A stretch of DNA of 38,199 nucleotides from Bdellovibrionia bacterium (GCA_041752095.1 JBGSHQ010000108.1:1-38199); one strand, 5' to 3'; shown: positions 23,855-33,311, counted from the stretch's first letter. Notes: generated from the letters alone by a model not told the origin. Numbers and translations: made by a program.

Positions 23855-25282
23855 TTAATCGATCGGACTGACGAGTGGGAAGAATCCAACAATTCCACCG
23901 TCATCTTCAGTCGACGTTGTCGTCGGTGCTTCGTCGATTTCCAGATCCTTCACCCGGGACATCGCCGCATTCGATGCATTATAGACAGACATCGTCTTGG
24001 ATAGAACTGCTGCATCGACAGCACGTGCAGGGTTTACGATACCAGACGACTTCACCTTACCGATGAGCCATGGCTTCGTGTCGACCGTACTCATCAGAAT
24101 TTGCTTAATCTCGGAAGGCTTAAGTGCAGGGTTTGCATTCTTAATCGATGCCGCTACACCCGCAACATAGGGAGAAGCCTGAGAAGTTCCAGACATCAAA
24201 CCGAAGTCATTTCCAGGATAAAGAGATTTAATCCCGACTCCAGGAGCCGCCACATCGACCTTTGTTCCGTAGTTCGAGAACGAAGCAAGTTCACGATTAA
24301 AGAGCGTTGCCGCTACTGAGATCGAGTTATCAGTCCCTACGTTAGCTGGGCTAACAGGCTTTGCATCGTTATCACTGCCATCGTTACCCGCAGCAAATAC
24401 GAAAAAGGTGTTAGGAGCGGTATCCACCATCACGCGTGCTCCCGTTAAAATTCGCTGCATATAGAATGCGTTGAATTCTTGGAGTTTAGCAGGATTGCGC
24501 TCTTCTTCTTTAAAGACGAGATTATAAAGCATTTCTACGATTTTTCCGGCCTGTTCATATCCAATCCCAAATGAACCGTTCGCAATATCCGACCCACGCG
24601 CATTCACATAAGTTCCAACCGTTCCGAAGATTTTAGTCTGGAACTTAGCTAAGAGCTGGAGAGCGGCTGGAAAAAGAGCTTCCCGAAGCGAAACGGGAAT
24701 TTTACTTCCACCACCAGGACCCATGTTCATCATCGAACGAAATTCAGGGCTCTGGGCAAACTTCACAGAAAATGGAAGTTTTACTTCAGTTGGAATGATC
24801 TTCACTGCGTAAGGGTGATTCTCGACTTCTACTTTCGTCGAATGTCCGCCTGTGATTCCCGCGACGTGGGTTCCATGTGCGAAATTTCCAAATACTTGGA
24901 GTTCTTTTAGAAAGGTTTCATCAGCGATTTTTGCTTTATACCAGTCTTTATCCGCTTGGTTGGCAGTCTTTTCGAGAGCGCGAACTTGAATTTCAAAAAG
25001 GCGATGAATATCAGCCATATTTGGCTTTAAACGCTCGAGATAGCTCATATCGATGACGAGGTTATTTTTTTCTGCAAAATTATAACCGTAAACATCATCG
25101 ATGACCCCGTTTTTGTCATCGTCCGTTTTATTATCCGGAATTTCCTTCGAGTTCGCATCATACTGAGGGGCAAGCGCCGTGTGGCTATAATCCGAACCCG
25201 AATCGATGATCGCAATGGTTGCGGCGAACGTGGATGCTGGCAGAAGCGCGAATAGCGCGAGTGTACTGAGTGTCTTATTCAT
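23855..25282 (-). CDS. Secreted subtilisin-like (S8) serine peptidase
   Basis: ORF 23855..25300. ATG 25282 (GGGGGGAA SD) gives the signal peptide MNKTLSTLALFALLPASTFA. Motifs: IAIIDSGSD, HGTHVAGI, GTSQASPYVAGVAA. Confidence 0.9.
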   Translation of the reverse strand: MNKTLSTLALFALLPASTFAATIAIIDSGSDYSHTALAPQYDANSKEIPDNKTDDDKNGVIDDVYGYNFAEKNNLVIDMSYLERLKPNMADIHRLFEIQVRALEKTANQADKDWYKAKIADETFLKELQVFGNFAHGTHVAGITGGHSTKVEVENHPYAVKIIPTEVKLPFSVKFAQSPEFRSMMNMGPGGGSKIPVSLREALFPAALQLLAKFQTKIFGTVGTYVNARGSDIANGSFGIGYEQAGKIVEMLYNLVFKEEERNPAKLQEFNAFYMQRILTGARVMVDTAPNTFFVFAAGNDGSDNDAKPVSPANVGTDNSISVAATLFNRELASFSNYGTKVDVAAPGVGIKSLYPGNDFGLMSGTSQASPYVAGVAASIKNANPALKPSEIKQILMSTVDTKPWLIGKVKSSGIVNPARAVDAAVLSKTMSVYNASNAAMSRVKDLEIDEAPTTTSTEDDGGIVGFFPLVSPID

Positions 25283-25416
25283 GAAATTCCCCCCGGTCAT
25301 TTTTAATGACTTTTCATTGAAGCGTTCCTTTGCCCAATGAGTGTCTGAGAATAAGAAAACGGCGGGACCCCAAGGTCAAGCCGCATACCGCCAGAAAACT
25401 GACTCATTTCCTTTTT

Positions 25417-26289
25417 TTACTTATTAATAGAGAAAACTGCTGACCCACCGCGATCATCCCGAAGCACCGCAATAAAACTAGTCACTGCGGGAAGTGGAGA
25501 CTCAGGAGTAAATCGATTATCGACCCCGAGATCCGAACGAGAGAGCCTCATCTTTCCTGAACTTACTAACCAGGTCAGAGTAAGTTTCTCCGTCGATGCG
25601 GTAAAAGATCCATCTGCGTTTTGGGCAGAATACGATTCAGAACTCGAAGTCGAAACCTGGGCGGCGATCGTTAATGCATCCGTCGTTAGGGTGTAACTCG
25701 CAGCCGACGCTCCCGCGAATAAGAGCTCGGGACTACTAAAAGTCGGATTCTGATTTTTCGTCGTCTTCGTCGAGACGATAATCCTCTTAAATGCAGTGAC
25801 CGATTCGGTGGTCGATGCGGTCAATGTCATTACGACTAGATATGCCACTCCATTATACTGGTCCGCTGCCGAACGCGCTGTACCGGTGAGGGGATTAATA
25901 AAAACAATCCCTGCTGCTGGGACCGTAAATGCGGGAGGGGTTAAAACGCCATAATAATTCGTCGCCGCACTCCCCGGTACAAGCGATCCGGTGATTGCGG
26001 TCGTAGCGGTAGGGTTCCCCGCACAAGTCGGAGTAAGCCCGATACTGATACCGGGATCAACACAAGCCTGAACCGAATAAGAAAGCGTACGCCCAGCCCC
26101 TTTCGGATCTGAAATATGAAAAGAAAGCGTGACTGAATCCCCTGCTGAAAATTCCGAAGCCGCCACACTATTCGTCGTCGCTAGGACACGGAGTCGATCG
26201 AGTAGAAAGTAATCAGGGAGTCCATCGTTGCCACATGAAGAAAGAAGAAGAGGAAAAATAAAAAATAAAGCCTGCTTGATGATTTTCAT
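25417..26289 (-). CDS. Lipoprotein of unknown function, last gene of the TonB operon
   Basis: Lipobox LLSSC (MKIIKQALFFIFPLLLSSC). Ser/Thr/Ala-rich and beta-like. Its start lies 1 nt after the receptor gene's stop. Confidence 0.7.
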   Translation of the reverse strand: MKIIKQALFFIFPLLLSSCGNDGLPDYFLLDRLRVLATTNSVAASEFSAGDSVTLSFHISDPKGAGRTLSYSVQACVDPGISIGLTPTCAGNPTATTAITGSLVPGSAATNYYGVLTPPAFTVPAAGIVFINPLTGTARSAADQYNGVAYLVVMTLTASTTESVTAFKRIIVSTKTTKNQNPTFSSPELLFAGASAASYTLTTDALTIAAQVSTSSSESYSAQNADGSFTASTEKLTLTWLVSSGKMRLSRSDLGVDNRFTPESPLPAVTSFIAVLRDDRGGSAVFSINK

Positions 26290-26290
26290 T

Positions 26291-28546
26291 TTAAAACTCT
26301 CCTTTAAGGCCGATGGAAGGAATAATCGGTAATCCGGTTACGTCCGCCCGTTTCGAATAATCATAAGCGTAACTCACACTCTCGACATTCTTTCTGTTCG
26401 TGGCGTTTTGGATATCGAGGTAGGCAGTCACGATCATACGGTCATAAATCCATTTTTTATCAACACGAATATCAAGTTGAGTGAAAGCATTCACTCGCTC
26501 ACTATAAAAAGGGCCGCGAATCGGAATATAAGCATCATTATCCGAATCGAATACGGACCCTGTGACAGGGGTCAGAGGATTTCCAGTTACATAACGAAAA
26601 CGTCCAGCAATGCGCCAGTTCCGTGGTAAATCTCTACCTACGATCAGGTTAATATTATGGGTTTGGTCATACTGGGATGGGAACCAGGGTTGGGTTCCAT
26701 CTTTTCGATTACTTCTGGAGAGGGTGTAAGAAAGCCACCCGTTCCATGGATTTGCATCAAGCCGAAGCAGAGCCTCAAGACCATAAGAACGACCTAGCCC
26801 ATCATTATTATAGTATTCAGGCGTCGCGACTCCATTTTTCGTAACATATGCACTCGAAGGAATAATCAGTCGATCGAAATAACGTGCGAAGGGTCCGCCC
26901 TGAAAACTCCATCCGTTCGATGCCCCTTCACGAAAATCACGATCGTATGTGAGTGCAAGGTGGGTAGAGCGCGGAGTGAGGAGATTCGGATTTCCGATCG
27001 TTTCATTCGTTTCTTGCTCGCGCGGCGGCTGGTAGTAGAGTCCTGTTGCAAGCCGGAGTGAACTCCAAGGTGTCATCTCACGGCGAATAGCAAAACGTGG
27101 AGAAATATCCCCACTTTTATTTGTCGTAAAATAATCGTAGCGAAGTCCTGGTTTAATCGACCAGATGGGTGAAAGTTTTAATTCATTATTCCAGTAAGTG
27201 CCGAATTTATGGCTCGACTGACTGACATCGACTCGGCGCTGAGTCCCAGTAGAAAGGGGATTATTTACTCCTCCCTGGCTATAGAAGCTTGGTAAATTTA
27301 GGGAAACATCTGCCCATCCTAAATTATTATCGAGTCCAAAATAACTCGTGGTTCCCTCACCCCATTTTTTTTCAAGTTCGTATCGATTCGTAATCGATAG
27401 GAGTGAAAGTCGAAAATACTGGTCATTCAGCAAGAACTTTATCCAGTCCCGACCGAAACCGAACGATAAACGACTCGTTGTCCTTTCATCATGACGATGC
27501 GTCCACTGAGGGATTAAACGGAGAAATGAAGTCCGGGTCTCAAAACTACCCCGAATTTTAGGATCATTTTCAGGTGAATCCTTTAGAACAAACTCAAAAA
27601 GATCATCCGAAAGAATAAAATCAAATTTAAAATCATCGTTTACTGAAAGTGGCTGATCATAAACAAGAGTAAAATCCTGGAAGGTCGGAGCCGCTGTCAG
27701 GCTAAAGTCTGAGTCTTCCTTAACCTTCGAAACCGCCTTTAAAACATTTCCAATATAACTTCGACGGAGTCCTAGAGTCAGTGAACCTGTTTCACCCACT
27801 GGAGTTTCGATCGCTCCACCAGCGTTAATTAAGTCAGCATAAACAAAACCCTTAAACCGTTCACGGCTCGGCTTCTTCGTCCACGCTCCGACTAATCCAC
27901 CTATCGCACGTCCATACTCGACACTATAACCGGCAGAAAGATAATCGACTCGGTCGAGTGCTTCGGGAAAAACAACAGAGGAAAACCCTCCAAAGTGGAA
28001 GATGATCGGAACTTCATGGCCGTCGATGGTGTATCGCGTATCCTGGGGTGAGGCCCCCTGGATGATCACCTGAGAACTAAAACCTGACGCTCTCGATATT
28101 CCTGGTAGATTCTGAACCGCTTTAATCGGATCGCCATTGGACCCGGGTAATTTAGCAGCGAATGAAGCCTTTAAAGAACGAGTCGAATCATCGCGCTTCT
28201 GCTCTTTCCCGTAAATCGTCGTTTCATAAATCTGATAGGAAACTTTAGGGAGATAAAGAATCCGTGAAGGTCTTAGTTCTCCATTCATATAATAATCGGG
28301 TTCTTCGAGTTTTTCATACCCGGTGAGATTAACGATAAATTTAAAATCGCCTTCAGGAACTTCTGGAAAACGAAAAAGACCGGCACTATCGGTTGTCGCC
28401 TTTAGGGCTTCGGGATTCAGGGATGAAAGGATAAAGACATTCGCTTCTGGGATCGGGGTTTTAGTCCCTTTTTCTAAAAGAGTTCCCTCGATCGAACCTG
28501 CAAAAACTGAAGAAACCAAAAACAACATCACACTTAGAAACATCAT
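26291..28546 (-). CDS. TonB-dependent outer-membrane receptor with an N-terminal CarboxypepD_reg-like domain (Oar-like architecture)
   Basis: Signal peptide, then GSIEGTLLEKGTKTPIPEANVFI...TDSAGLFRFPEVPEGDFKFIVNLTGYE, then a plug and a long beta-barrel ending ...IGLKGEF (terminal Phe). ATGA overlap with tonB. Confidence 0.88.
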   Translation of the reverse strand: MMFLSVMLFLVSSVFAGSIEGTLLEKGTKTPIPEANVFILSSLNPEALKATTDSAGLFRFPEVPEGDFKFIVNLTGYEKLEEPDYYMNGELRPSRILYLPKVSYQIYETTIYGKEQKRDDSTRSLKASFAAKLPGSNGDPIKAVQNLPGISRASGFSSQVIIQGASPQDTRYTIDGHEVPIIFHFGGFSSVVFPEALDRVDYLSAGYSVEYGRAIGGLVGAWTKKPSRERFKGFVYADLINAGGAIETPVGETGSLTLGLRRSYIGNVLKAVSKVKEDSDFSLTAAPTFQDFTLVYDQPLSVNDDFKFDFILSDDLFEFVLKDSPENDPKIRGSFETRTSFLRLIPQWTHRHDERTTSRLSFGFGRDWIKFLLNDQYFRLSLLSITNRYELEKKWGEGTTSYFGLDNNLGWADVSLNLPSFYSQGGVNNPLSTGTQRRVDVSQSSHKFGTYWNNELKLSPIWSIKPGLRYDYFTTNKSGDISPRFAIRREMTPWSSLRLATGLYYQPPREQETNETIGNPNLLTPRSTHLALTYDRDFREGASNGWSFQGGPFARYFDRLIIPSSAYVTKNGVATPEYYNNDGLGRSYGLEALLRLDANPWNGWLSYTLSRSNRKDGTQPWFPSQYDQTHNINLIVGRDLPRNWRIAGRFRYVTGNPLTPVTGSVFDSDNDAYIPIRGPFYSERVNAFTQLDIRVDKKWIYDRMIVTAYLDIQNATNRKNVESVSYAYDYSKRADVTGLPIIPSIGLKGEF

Positions 28547-29196
28547 CGCTCCAAAACAAACTGATAAGCATATCGTATTTTTACCGCGACAGGCTTATCT
28601 TGAACCCTTGCGGGCTTAAATTTAAAATTTCGAACAGCGCTCAGGGCTGCTTCATTCAACCCAAAGCCGGGTCCACTCACCAGAGTCGCCTGGCGAACGG
28701 CTCCTAAGCTATCGATGATGAGATCCATAATCACGCGACCCTGAATATTTGCCTTACGAGCTTCGGGTGGATAAGGAACTCGAAATTCATTCTCGAGGAT
28801 GGGCATCGCACTCACTAAATATTCTTCGACCGGTATGGGGATCGAATCGGCATCGTCCGCTCTTAATTTTTCAGTGTCCGGAGTTTTCGCCACTGTATTT
28901 CCAGCTTTTACCTCGGCAGTAGAAGGATCATTCGTCGAATCCAGAATCGATTTACGAGAGGCTCCAAAAACAGCGCGCTTTTCTGGCTCCTTCTTTTTTT
29001 CAGGAATCGGTTTAGAAAGCTGGATCGCGGGTGCAGCTGCCACCTTGGGTTGCTCATAAACCTCAAAATCCATCGAATCGTTTTGCGAATGAGGAATAAC
29101 CATATAAAGAATAACCAAAAAAAAGAGAAAATGAGTTCCTAGAGAAATTTTCCAGGGACTTAAACGAGCAACAAATGAGTTTGCTCCCGCACTCAC
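28543..29196 (-). CDS. tonB: Energy transducer TonB
   Basis: N-terminal TM segment, a Pro/Lys/Glu-rich linker (KPIPEKKKEPEK), and a C-terminal TonB domain (VPYPPEARKANIQGRVIMDLIID...FKFKPA). GTGA overlap with exbD. Confidence 0.85.
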   Translation of the reverse strand: MSAGANSFVARLSPWKISLGTHFLFFLVILYMVIPHSQNDSMDFEVYEQPKVAAAPAIQLSKPIPEKKKEPEKRAVFGASRKSILDSTNDPSTAEVKAGNTVAKTPDTEKLRADDADSIPIPVEEYLVSAMPILENEFRVPYPPEARKANIQGRVIMDLIIDSLGAVRQATLVSGPGFGLNEAALSAVRNFKFKPARVQDKPVAVKIRYAYQFVLER

Positions 29197-29612
29197 TGCT
29201 TTTCCTTTTCAATTTGGAGCGCAAATCGATTCATGCCCGATTGCTTTAGGAGATCGATCGCACGAACCACGTCCGCATGCCTCGCTTCACCATCGGCAGC
29301 AACGATGGCTTGTGCGGTCGGATTTTTCTCGATCGCTGCCTTCACGGCGGCAGTCACTGCCTCTTCTGTCGCCATTACTCCATTTAATAGAATCTGACCC
29401 TGGCGAGTGACGGCGATTCCAAGCGTTTCCACAGAGGAACCATCGGCACTTGTTGCCTTTGGGAGCTTAAGACCAATCGTGTCTTTAACGAGAGCAGGTG
29501 CCGTGACGATAAAAATCACGAGCAGAACGAGAACCACATCCACAAACGGCGTAATATTAATATCCGAAATGAGTGATTCTTCTTCTGTCGAAGAAGGTAA
29601 ATTTCCGGCCAT
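29193..29612 (-). CDS. exbD: Biopolymer transport protein ExbD/TolR
   Basis: INITPFVDVVLVLLVIFIV TM motif. Size and position match ExbD. Confidence 0.9.
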   Translation of the reverse strand: MAGNLPSSTEEESLISDINITPFVDVVLVLLVIFIVTAPALVKDTIGLKLPKATSADGSSVETLGIAVTRQGQILLNGVMATEEAVTAAVKAAIEKNPTAQAIVAADGEARHADVVRAIDLLKQSGMNRFALQIEKEKQ

Positions 29613-30232
29613 TATCGAGAGTCCTTAAGAATGAACCGAGAAAGATAGAGATCCCGAAGTGATTCACAGTCAGCCACTGCCGACTTCATTTTCTGAAGAA
29701 AAAAGTTATAGCCGACGCTTGCTGGTATTGCGACGAAGAGCCCGACCGCTGTTGCGGTCAGAGCTTCTGCGAGTGAGGCGATGACTTGGTTCATTGCTGA
29801 ACTCGAAGTAGCGAGAGCCGCGAAGGACTGAATAATCCCTAAGACGGTTCCAAATAATCCGATGAACGGAGCGTTCGATCCTAGCGTTGCTAAAATCGGA
29901 AGTCCCACTGAAAGCTCTGAGCGGCGATCAGCGAGGTAAGATTTCTGCGCATATGCAATCGCTTCTGCTGTCTGGGGTGCTGCAATGACTTCACGAAGAG
30001 CAAGCGACTGAAGAGAGTTATTTTCTGCAGCCCACTTTTTAATTCCTGGTAGGTTTTCACTACGGATGAGTTCTCTGACTTCATTAGAACCCTCATTTAA
30101 AAAAAGTTCCTTAAACTTTCTTTTCCGGTCGATCAAAATTGAAACCGACCAAACCGATAGTCCCGCTAAAAAGAGTAAAACCGCTTTCGTAGCCCAGCCG
30201 ATAAATAGGATCCAAAGTGGAGTCGTTGCCAT
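29612..30232 (-). CDS. exbB: MotA/TolQ/ExbB proton-channel protein
   Basis: Three TM segments. LATLGSNAPFIGLFGTVLGII is the conserved ExbB/TolQ signature region. Confidence 0.9.
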   Translation of the reverse strand: MATTPLWILFIGWATKAVLLFLAGLSVWSVSILIDRKRKFKELFLNEGSNEVRELIRSENLPGIKKWAAENNSLQSLALREVIAAPQTAEAIAYAQKSYLADRRSELSVGLPILATLGSNAPFIGLFGTVLGIIQSFAALATSSSAMNQVIASLAEALTATAVGLFVAIPASVGYNFFLQKMKSAVADCESLRDLYLSRFILKDSR

Positions 30233-30243
30233 AGCCTTAAGGG

Positions 30244-30561
30244 CTACTGGAGATTCGGAAAAATCGCAAACAGAAGGATGCCCTCATTACTATTTGGAAA
30301 GCACTGACAAGCTAGGCGGTAACCTTTTTTAATCTCATCCGTAGTTAAAATCTTATGCTCTGCTTCCGTTAACGCAGACAGAGGCACGGTGGATCCATCA
30401 AGAATCTGGACTCGGTCCCCCCCACACTTACCATGTCCACCACACCGTGACCCAATTTCAAGCTCCACAGTCTGGGCATGGGCGAGAAGATTTAGGTTCG
30501 AATCGATGAAATCGATTTGGGCGACTTTGGAGCTTTCGCGAAAAATTAGAGTTTGACTCAT
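30244..30561 (-). CDS. Small 2Fe-2S ferredoxin-like protein with an atypical Cys pattern
   Basis: GSRCGGHGKCGGDRVQI ... YRLACQC resembles the plant-type ferredoxin loop CGGxGxCGxC, but Asp occupies the third Cys position. ATGA overlap with the upstream nucleotidase gene. Confidence 0.55.
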   Translation of the reverse strand: MSQTLIFRESSKVAQIDFIDSNLNLLAHAQTVELEIGSRCGGHGKCGGDRVQILDGSTVPLSALTEAEHKILTTDEIKKGYRLACQCFPNSNEGILLFAIFPNLQ

Positions 30562-32477
30562 TTTATCTCATTCACAAAACGTCCATCGATTTTTGCAGAT
30601 ATTTTCCCAGGATTTTTTGAGAGTTCGTCTACCAGCACTTCTCGGAATATTCCGATATCGGCAGCGCGCGGAGCTTCCTTAAAGAAAATATAGCCGGATC
30701 CGCCCGCTTCTAAAAAGTCGAGTGTGGCCACGCGGAGATCCCGTTCGTTTACGATCGGATTCGAAGTATCGGTTCCATCGTAAATGAGTGTTCCATCATC
30801 AAGCCGAATCGAAACGACACCACCCGTAGGGTCTAGACCATCCACAGCGTCTTTACAGTCACCCCGGCGATAGACCACTCGAATACCCGAACCGAGAACC
30901 GCGCCGTGCTTTCCACATGCACGCGCCGATCGATCCATAATTTTTACTAGAGTGGAAACCTTCATAGGTGCGAGAATGACGGCTCGATTATTAAACGGAG
31001 ATATTTGGAAAAGATTTTCGTAAGTGAAAACACCCGGCTCGATGTTCACCCGAATCCCACCCGTATTCACAAGAGCAATATCGGCTCCCGACGCCTTTCG
31101 GTAGGTATCCGTAATAAAATTCATGAGCGCACTTTCGCTATCACGATTTTTCGTAATAGGAGCGTCCGCGGTCCCTAATATTTTTCCTGCGAGTGGGGTT
31201 AATTCTGCCTGAGCTAGATTAATTTTTTCTACGGCTGATGGAAGCTCAGAAACGCCTTCACATTCATAAGTGATTTTTTCTTCAGGAACTTCTTCGCAAA
31301 ATGAATCTATTTTTTTATCGCAAGACTGACTGAGAAGAAGCGCTCCAGCAGCGACACGTGTTTTTTCTTTAATCACTTTTTTCGTGATCGAATCAATAAC
31401 GAGGTCTATCCGGCCGAACGCGTCTCCATACGACCCAGACTGAATCGCGTAAACACCCTTTTTTTCGATCCGGTTCACTGTATGGGTATGTCCACCAATG
31501 ACCGCATCTACTCCATCCTCGCGCCATGAGGTGATCGACTCGAGAAGGGAGGAAAGATTTTTATCCTGATTAATGTCGCCATCATGAATAACCGCTACAT
31601 AGAGATCGGCCTGACCTTCAAGTTCGGTACGAATTCTTTTATATTCATCGAAAGCCGTTCTAAAACAGAGATCACTCACATTCGCCGGAGTGGTCGTACT
31701 CGGCGTAGAGGGATTATCAAGCCCGATGATCGCGACACGAAGGCCAGCAACCGTTTTAATCACATAGGGCTGAAGAAACTCAGGGCGTTCTGCTGTCGTC
31801 CAGTCGAGAATATCTTTCGATTCACAGCCGATTGAATTTACTTCTGCTTCTTTTCCATCGACTGCCTTAAGAGTAGATTTTTTATAAGTATTTGCCGAGA
31901 GCATTGGAAAATGAGCGGTGTTAGAAAGTTTCTTTATCACCCCACGCGGGTCACCCGATTGACCGGGAATGACTTGGTCTATTAACCAACCCTCAGGTCC
32001 GAAATCATAGTCATGATTTCCCGGAACAATTGCATCGTAGCCCACGTCGTTCATGAGCGAGAACATGAGAGCACCTTCAGAGTAATTCGAGAGAAGGGAT
32101 CCTTGAAATTGGTCGCCGCCGTCGAGAACGAGAACTCCACCCCGTTCACCGTAGCGTTTCGATACACCCTCACGAACGGCGCGAACTGCTCCTGCCCAAA
32201 ACGCCATTCCACCGATCGGTTCGCCGCTCTTCATTTTTTTAGGTGCGATCGATCCGTGAATATCATTCGTCCCCAGAATAGAGAGAAGGACTTCGTTTTT
32301 TTCGAGCGTCATCGGGGCTTTTGCACAAGCCGCCGCTGGAACAACGGGCGGTGATTTTTGCTTCTCTTGGACGGGTTCCAGAGGTGCCCTACCCTTACGG
32401 TCAGAACAGGCAGCTGAAAAGAGTACTAGGACTAAAAAAGGAACCCCAACCGACCGATGAAAGTTTCGCAATTTCAT
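30558..32477 (-). CDS. Bifunctional metallophosphoesterase / 5'-nucleotidase (UshA-like), probable lipoprotein
   Basis: GTNDIHG, GGDQFQGS, GNHDYDFG and GGHTH metallophosphatase motifs, plus a C-terminal 5'-nucleotidase-type domain. N-terminus ...LVLFSAAC. Confidence 0.88.
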   Translation of the reverse strand: MKLRNFHRSVGVPFLVLVLFSAACSDRKGRAPLEPVQEKQKSPPVVPAAACAKAPMTLEKNEVLLSILGTNDIHGSIAPKKMKSGEPIGGMAFWAGAVRAVREGVSKRYGERGGVLVLDGGDQFQGSLLSNYSEGALMFSLMNDVGYDAIVPGNHDYDFGPEGWLIDQVIPGQSGDPRGVIKKLSNTAHFPMLSANTYKKSTLKAVDGKEAEVNSIGCESKDILDWTTAERPEFLQPYVIKTVAGLRVAIIGLDNPSTPSTTTPANVSDLCFRTAFDEYKRIRTELEGQADLYVAVIHDGDINQDKNLSSLLESITSWREDGVDAVIGGHTHTVNRIEKKGVYAIQSGSYGDAFGRIDLVIDSITKKVIKEKTRVAAGALLLSQSCDKKIDSFCEEVPEEKITYECEGVSELPSAVEKINLAQAELTPLAGKILGTADAPITKNRDSESALMNFITDTYRKASGADIALVNTGGIRVNIEPGVFTYENLFQISPFNNRAVILAPMKVSTLVKIMDRSARACGKHGAVLGSGIRVVYRRGDCKDAVDGLDPTGGVVSIRLDDGTLIYDGTDTSNPIVNERDLRVATLDFLEAGGSGYIFFKEAPRAADIGIFREVLVDELSKNPGKISAKIDGRFVNEIK

Positions 32478-32483
32478 GCGCCA

Positions 32484-32533
32484 TCTGTATCTAAAACGGC
32501 GCGCAGTGTCAATCTAGGGTTCCCTAGATTGAC
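32484..32533 (-). promoter_or_regulatory. Perfect 26-nt palindrome overlapping a candidate promoter of the 5'-nucleotidase/TonB operon
   Basis: GTCAATCTAGGG-TT-CCCTAGATTGAC (32508-32533). On the minus strand its proximal arm contains TTGACA (32512..32507), then a 17-nt spacer, TACAGA (32489..32484), 6 nt, and the ATG at 32477. No SD is visible. Confidence 0.4.
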
Positions 32534-32561
32534 TAATCATAAGTGTACGATTTTATTTGTG

Positions 32562-33311
32562 TTATTGAAAAATGAACTCTACCCGAGGGGCATCGCTTGA
32601 GGGACTTCGAGACTCCTCGCGATCTTTAACCTTCTTACGGTACATCGTCGTCGAAATTCGGTCTTCTTCGATCAGCTTATGATCGACTAAGTAACGTGCG
32701 ACCGAAACGGTGCGGGCGACTTGGAAGTCATAGTTACCCGTATCAGCCGAACCCCATGAACCCCGAATCGTGAGCTTTCCTTGGGACTGGTTCTTTGCGA
32801 GTCGACCGATCTTATGAAAAATCTTTTCAATCCCCGCCTTCCACTGATCCGTAGCGCCGGGTTGGAAAAGATCATCTTCTAAAACTGAGAAGCGCATGAC
32901 CTCGACCATCACACGGTCACCTGAACTGACTAACTTTGCTGCCGCATCCGCTGCATCTTCAGCAGCCGTATTATTTTCAAGCAGAGGCTTCGATGGATTC
33001 TGAACGAGTTGTTCTGGAATTTCTCCCTCAGCACCCTTTAAGACACTCTCACCCGCTCCAGTTCGGTCTCCGAGCGGAACGTTATCTTTATTTGAAAGAT
33101 CGATCCGAAGCGCGGAGGTTGGGTTATTGAAGTAATTCGAAATCGAAGCCTTCGTTTCTTCGTCAGATCCCATCAGCCACATCACGAGGAAGAAGGCCAT
33201 CATGGCGGTCATGAAGTCGGCAAAGGCAACCTTCCAGGCACCCCCATGCGCACCCGCATGACCCCCTTTTACCTTCTTAATGACGATTGTCGATTTTGAT
33301 GAATCAGCCAC
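32562..33311 (-). CDS. motB: Flagellar motor stator protein MotB
   Basis: N-terminus KKVKGGHAGAHGGAWKVAFADFMTAMMAFFLVMWLMG is the canonical MotB plug/TM region. It lies immediately downstream of motA. Confidence 0.85.
   Translation of the reverse strand: MADSSKSTIVIKKVKGGHAGAHGGAWKVAFADFMTAMMAFFLVMWLMGSDEETKASISNYFNNPTSALRIDLSNKDNVPLGDRTGAGESVLKGAEGEIPEQLVQNPSKPLLENNTAAEDAADAAAKLVSSGDRVMVEVMRFSVLEDDLFQPGATDQWKAGIEKIFHKIGRLAKNQSQGKLTIRGSWGSADTGNYDFQVARTVSVARYLVDHKLIEEDRISTTMYRKKVKDREESRSPSSDAPRVEFIFQ

Noticed and set aside
32534-32561. An AT-rich stretch (minus strand: ...ACTTATGATTAGTCAATC) upstream of the TonB operon was examined as a possible Fur box.
   Set aside because: It matches GATAATGATAATCATTATC poorly at any register.
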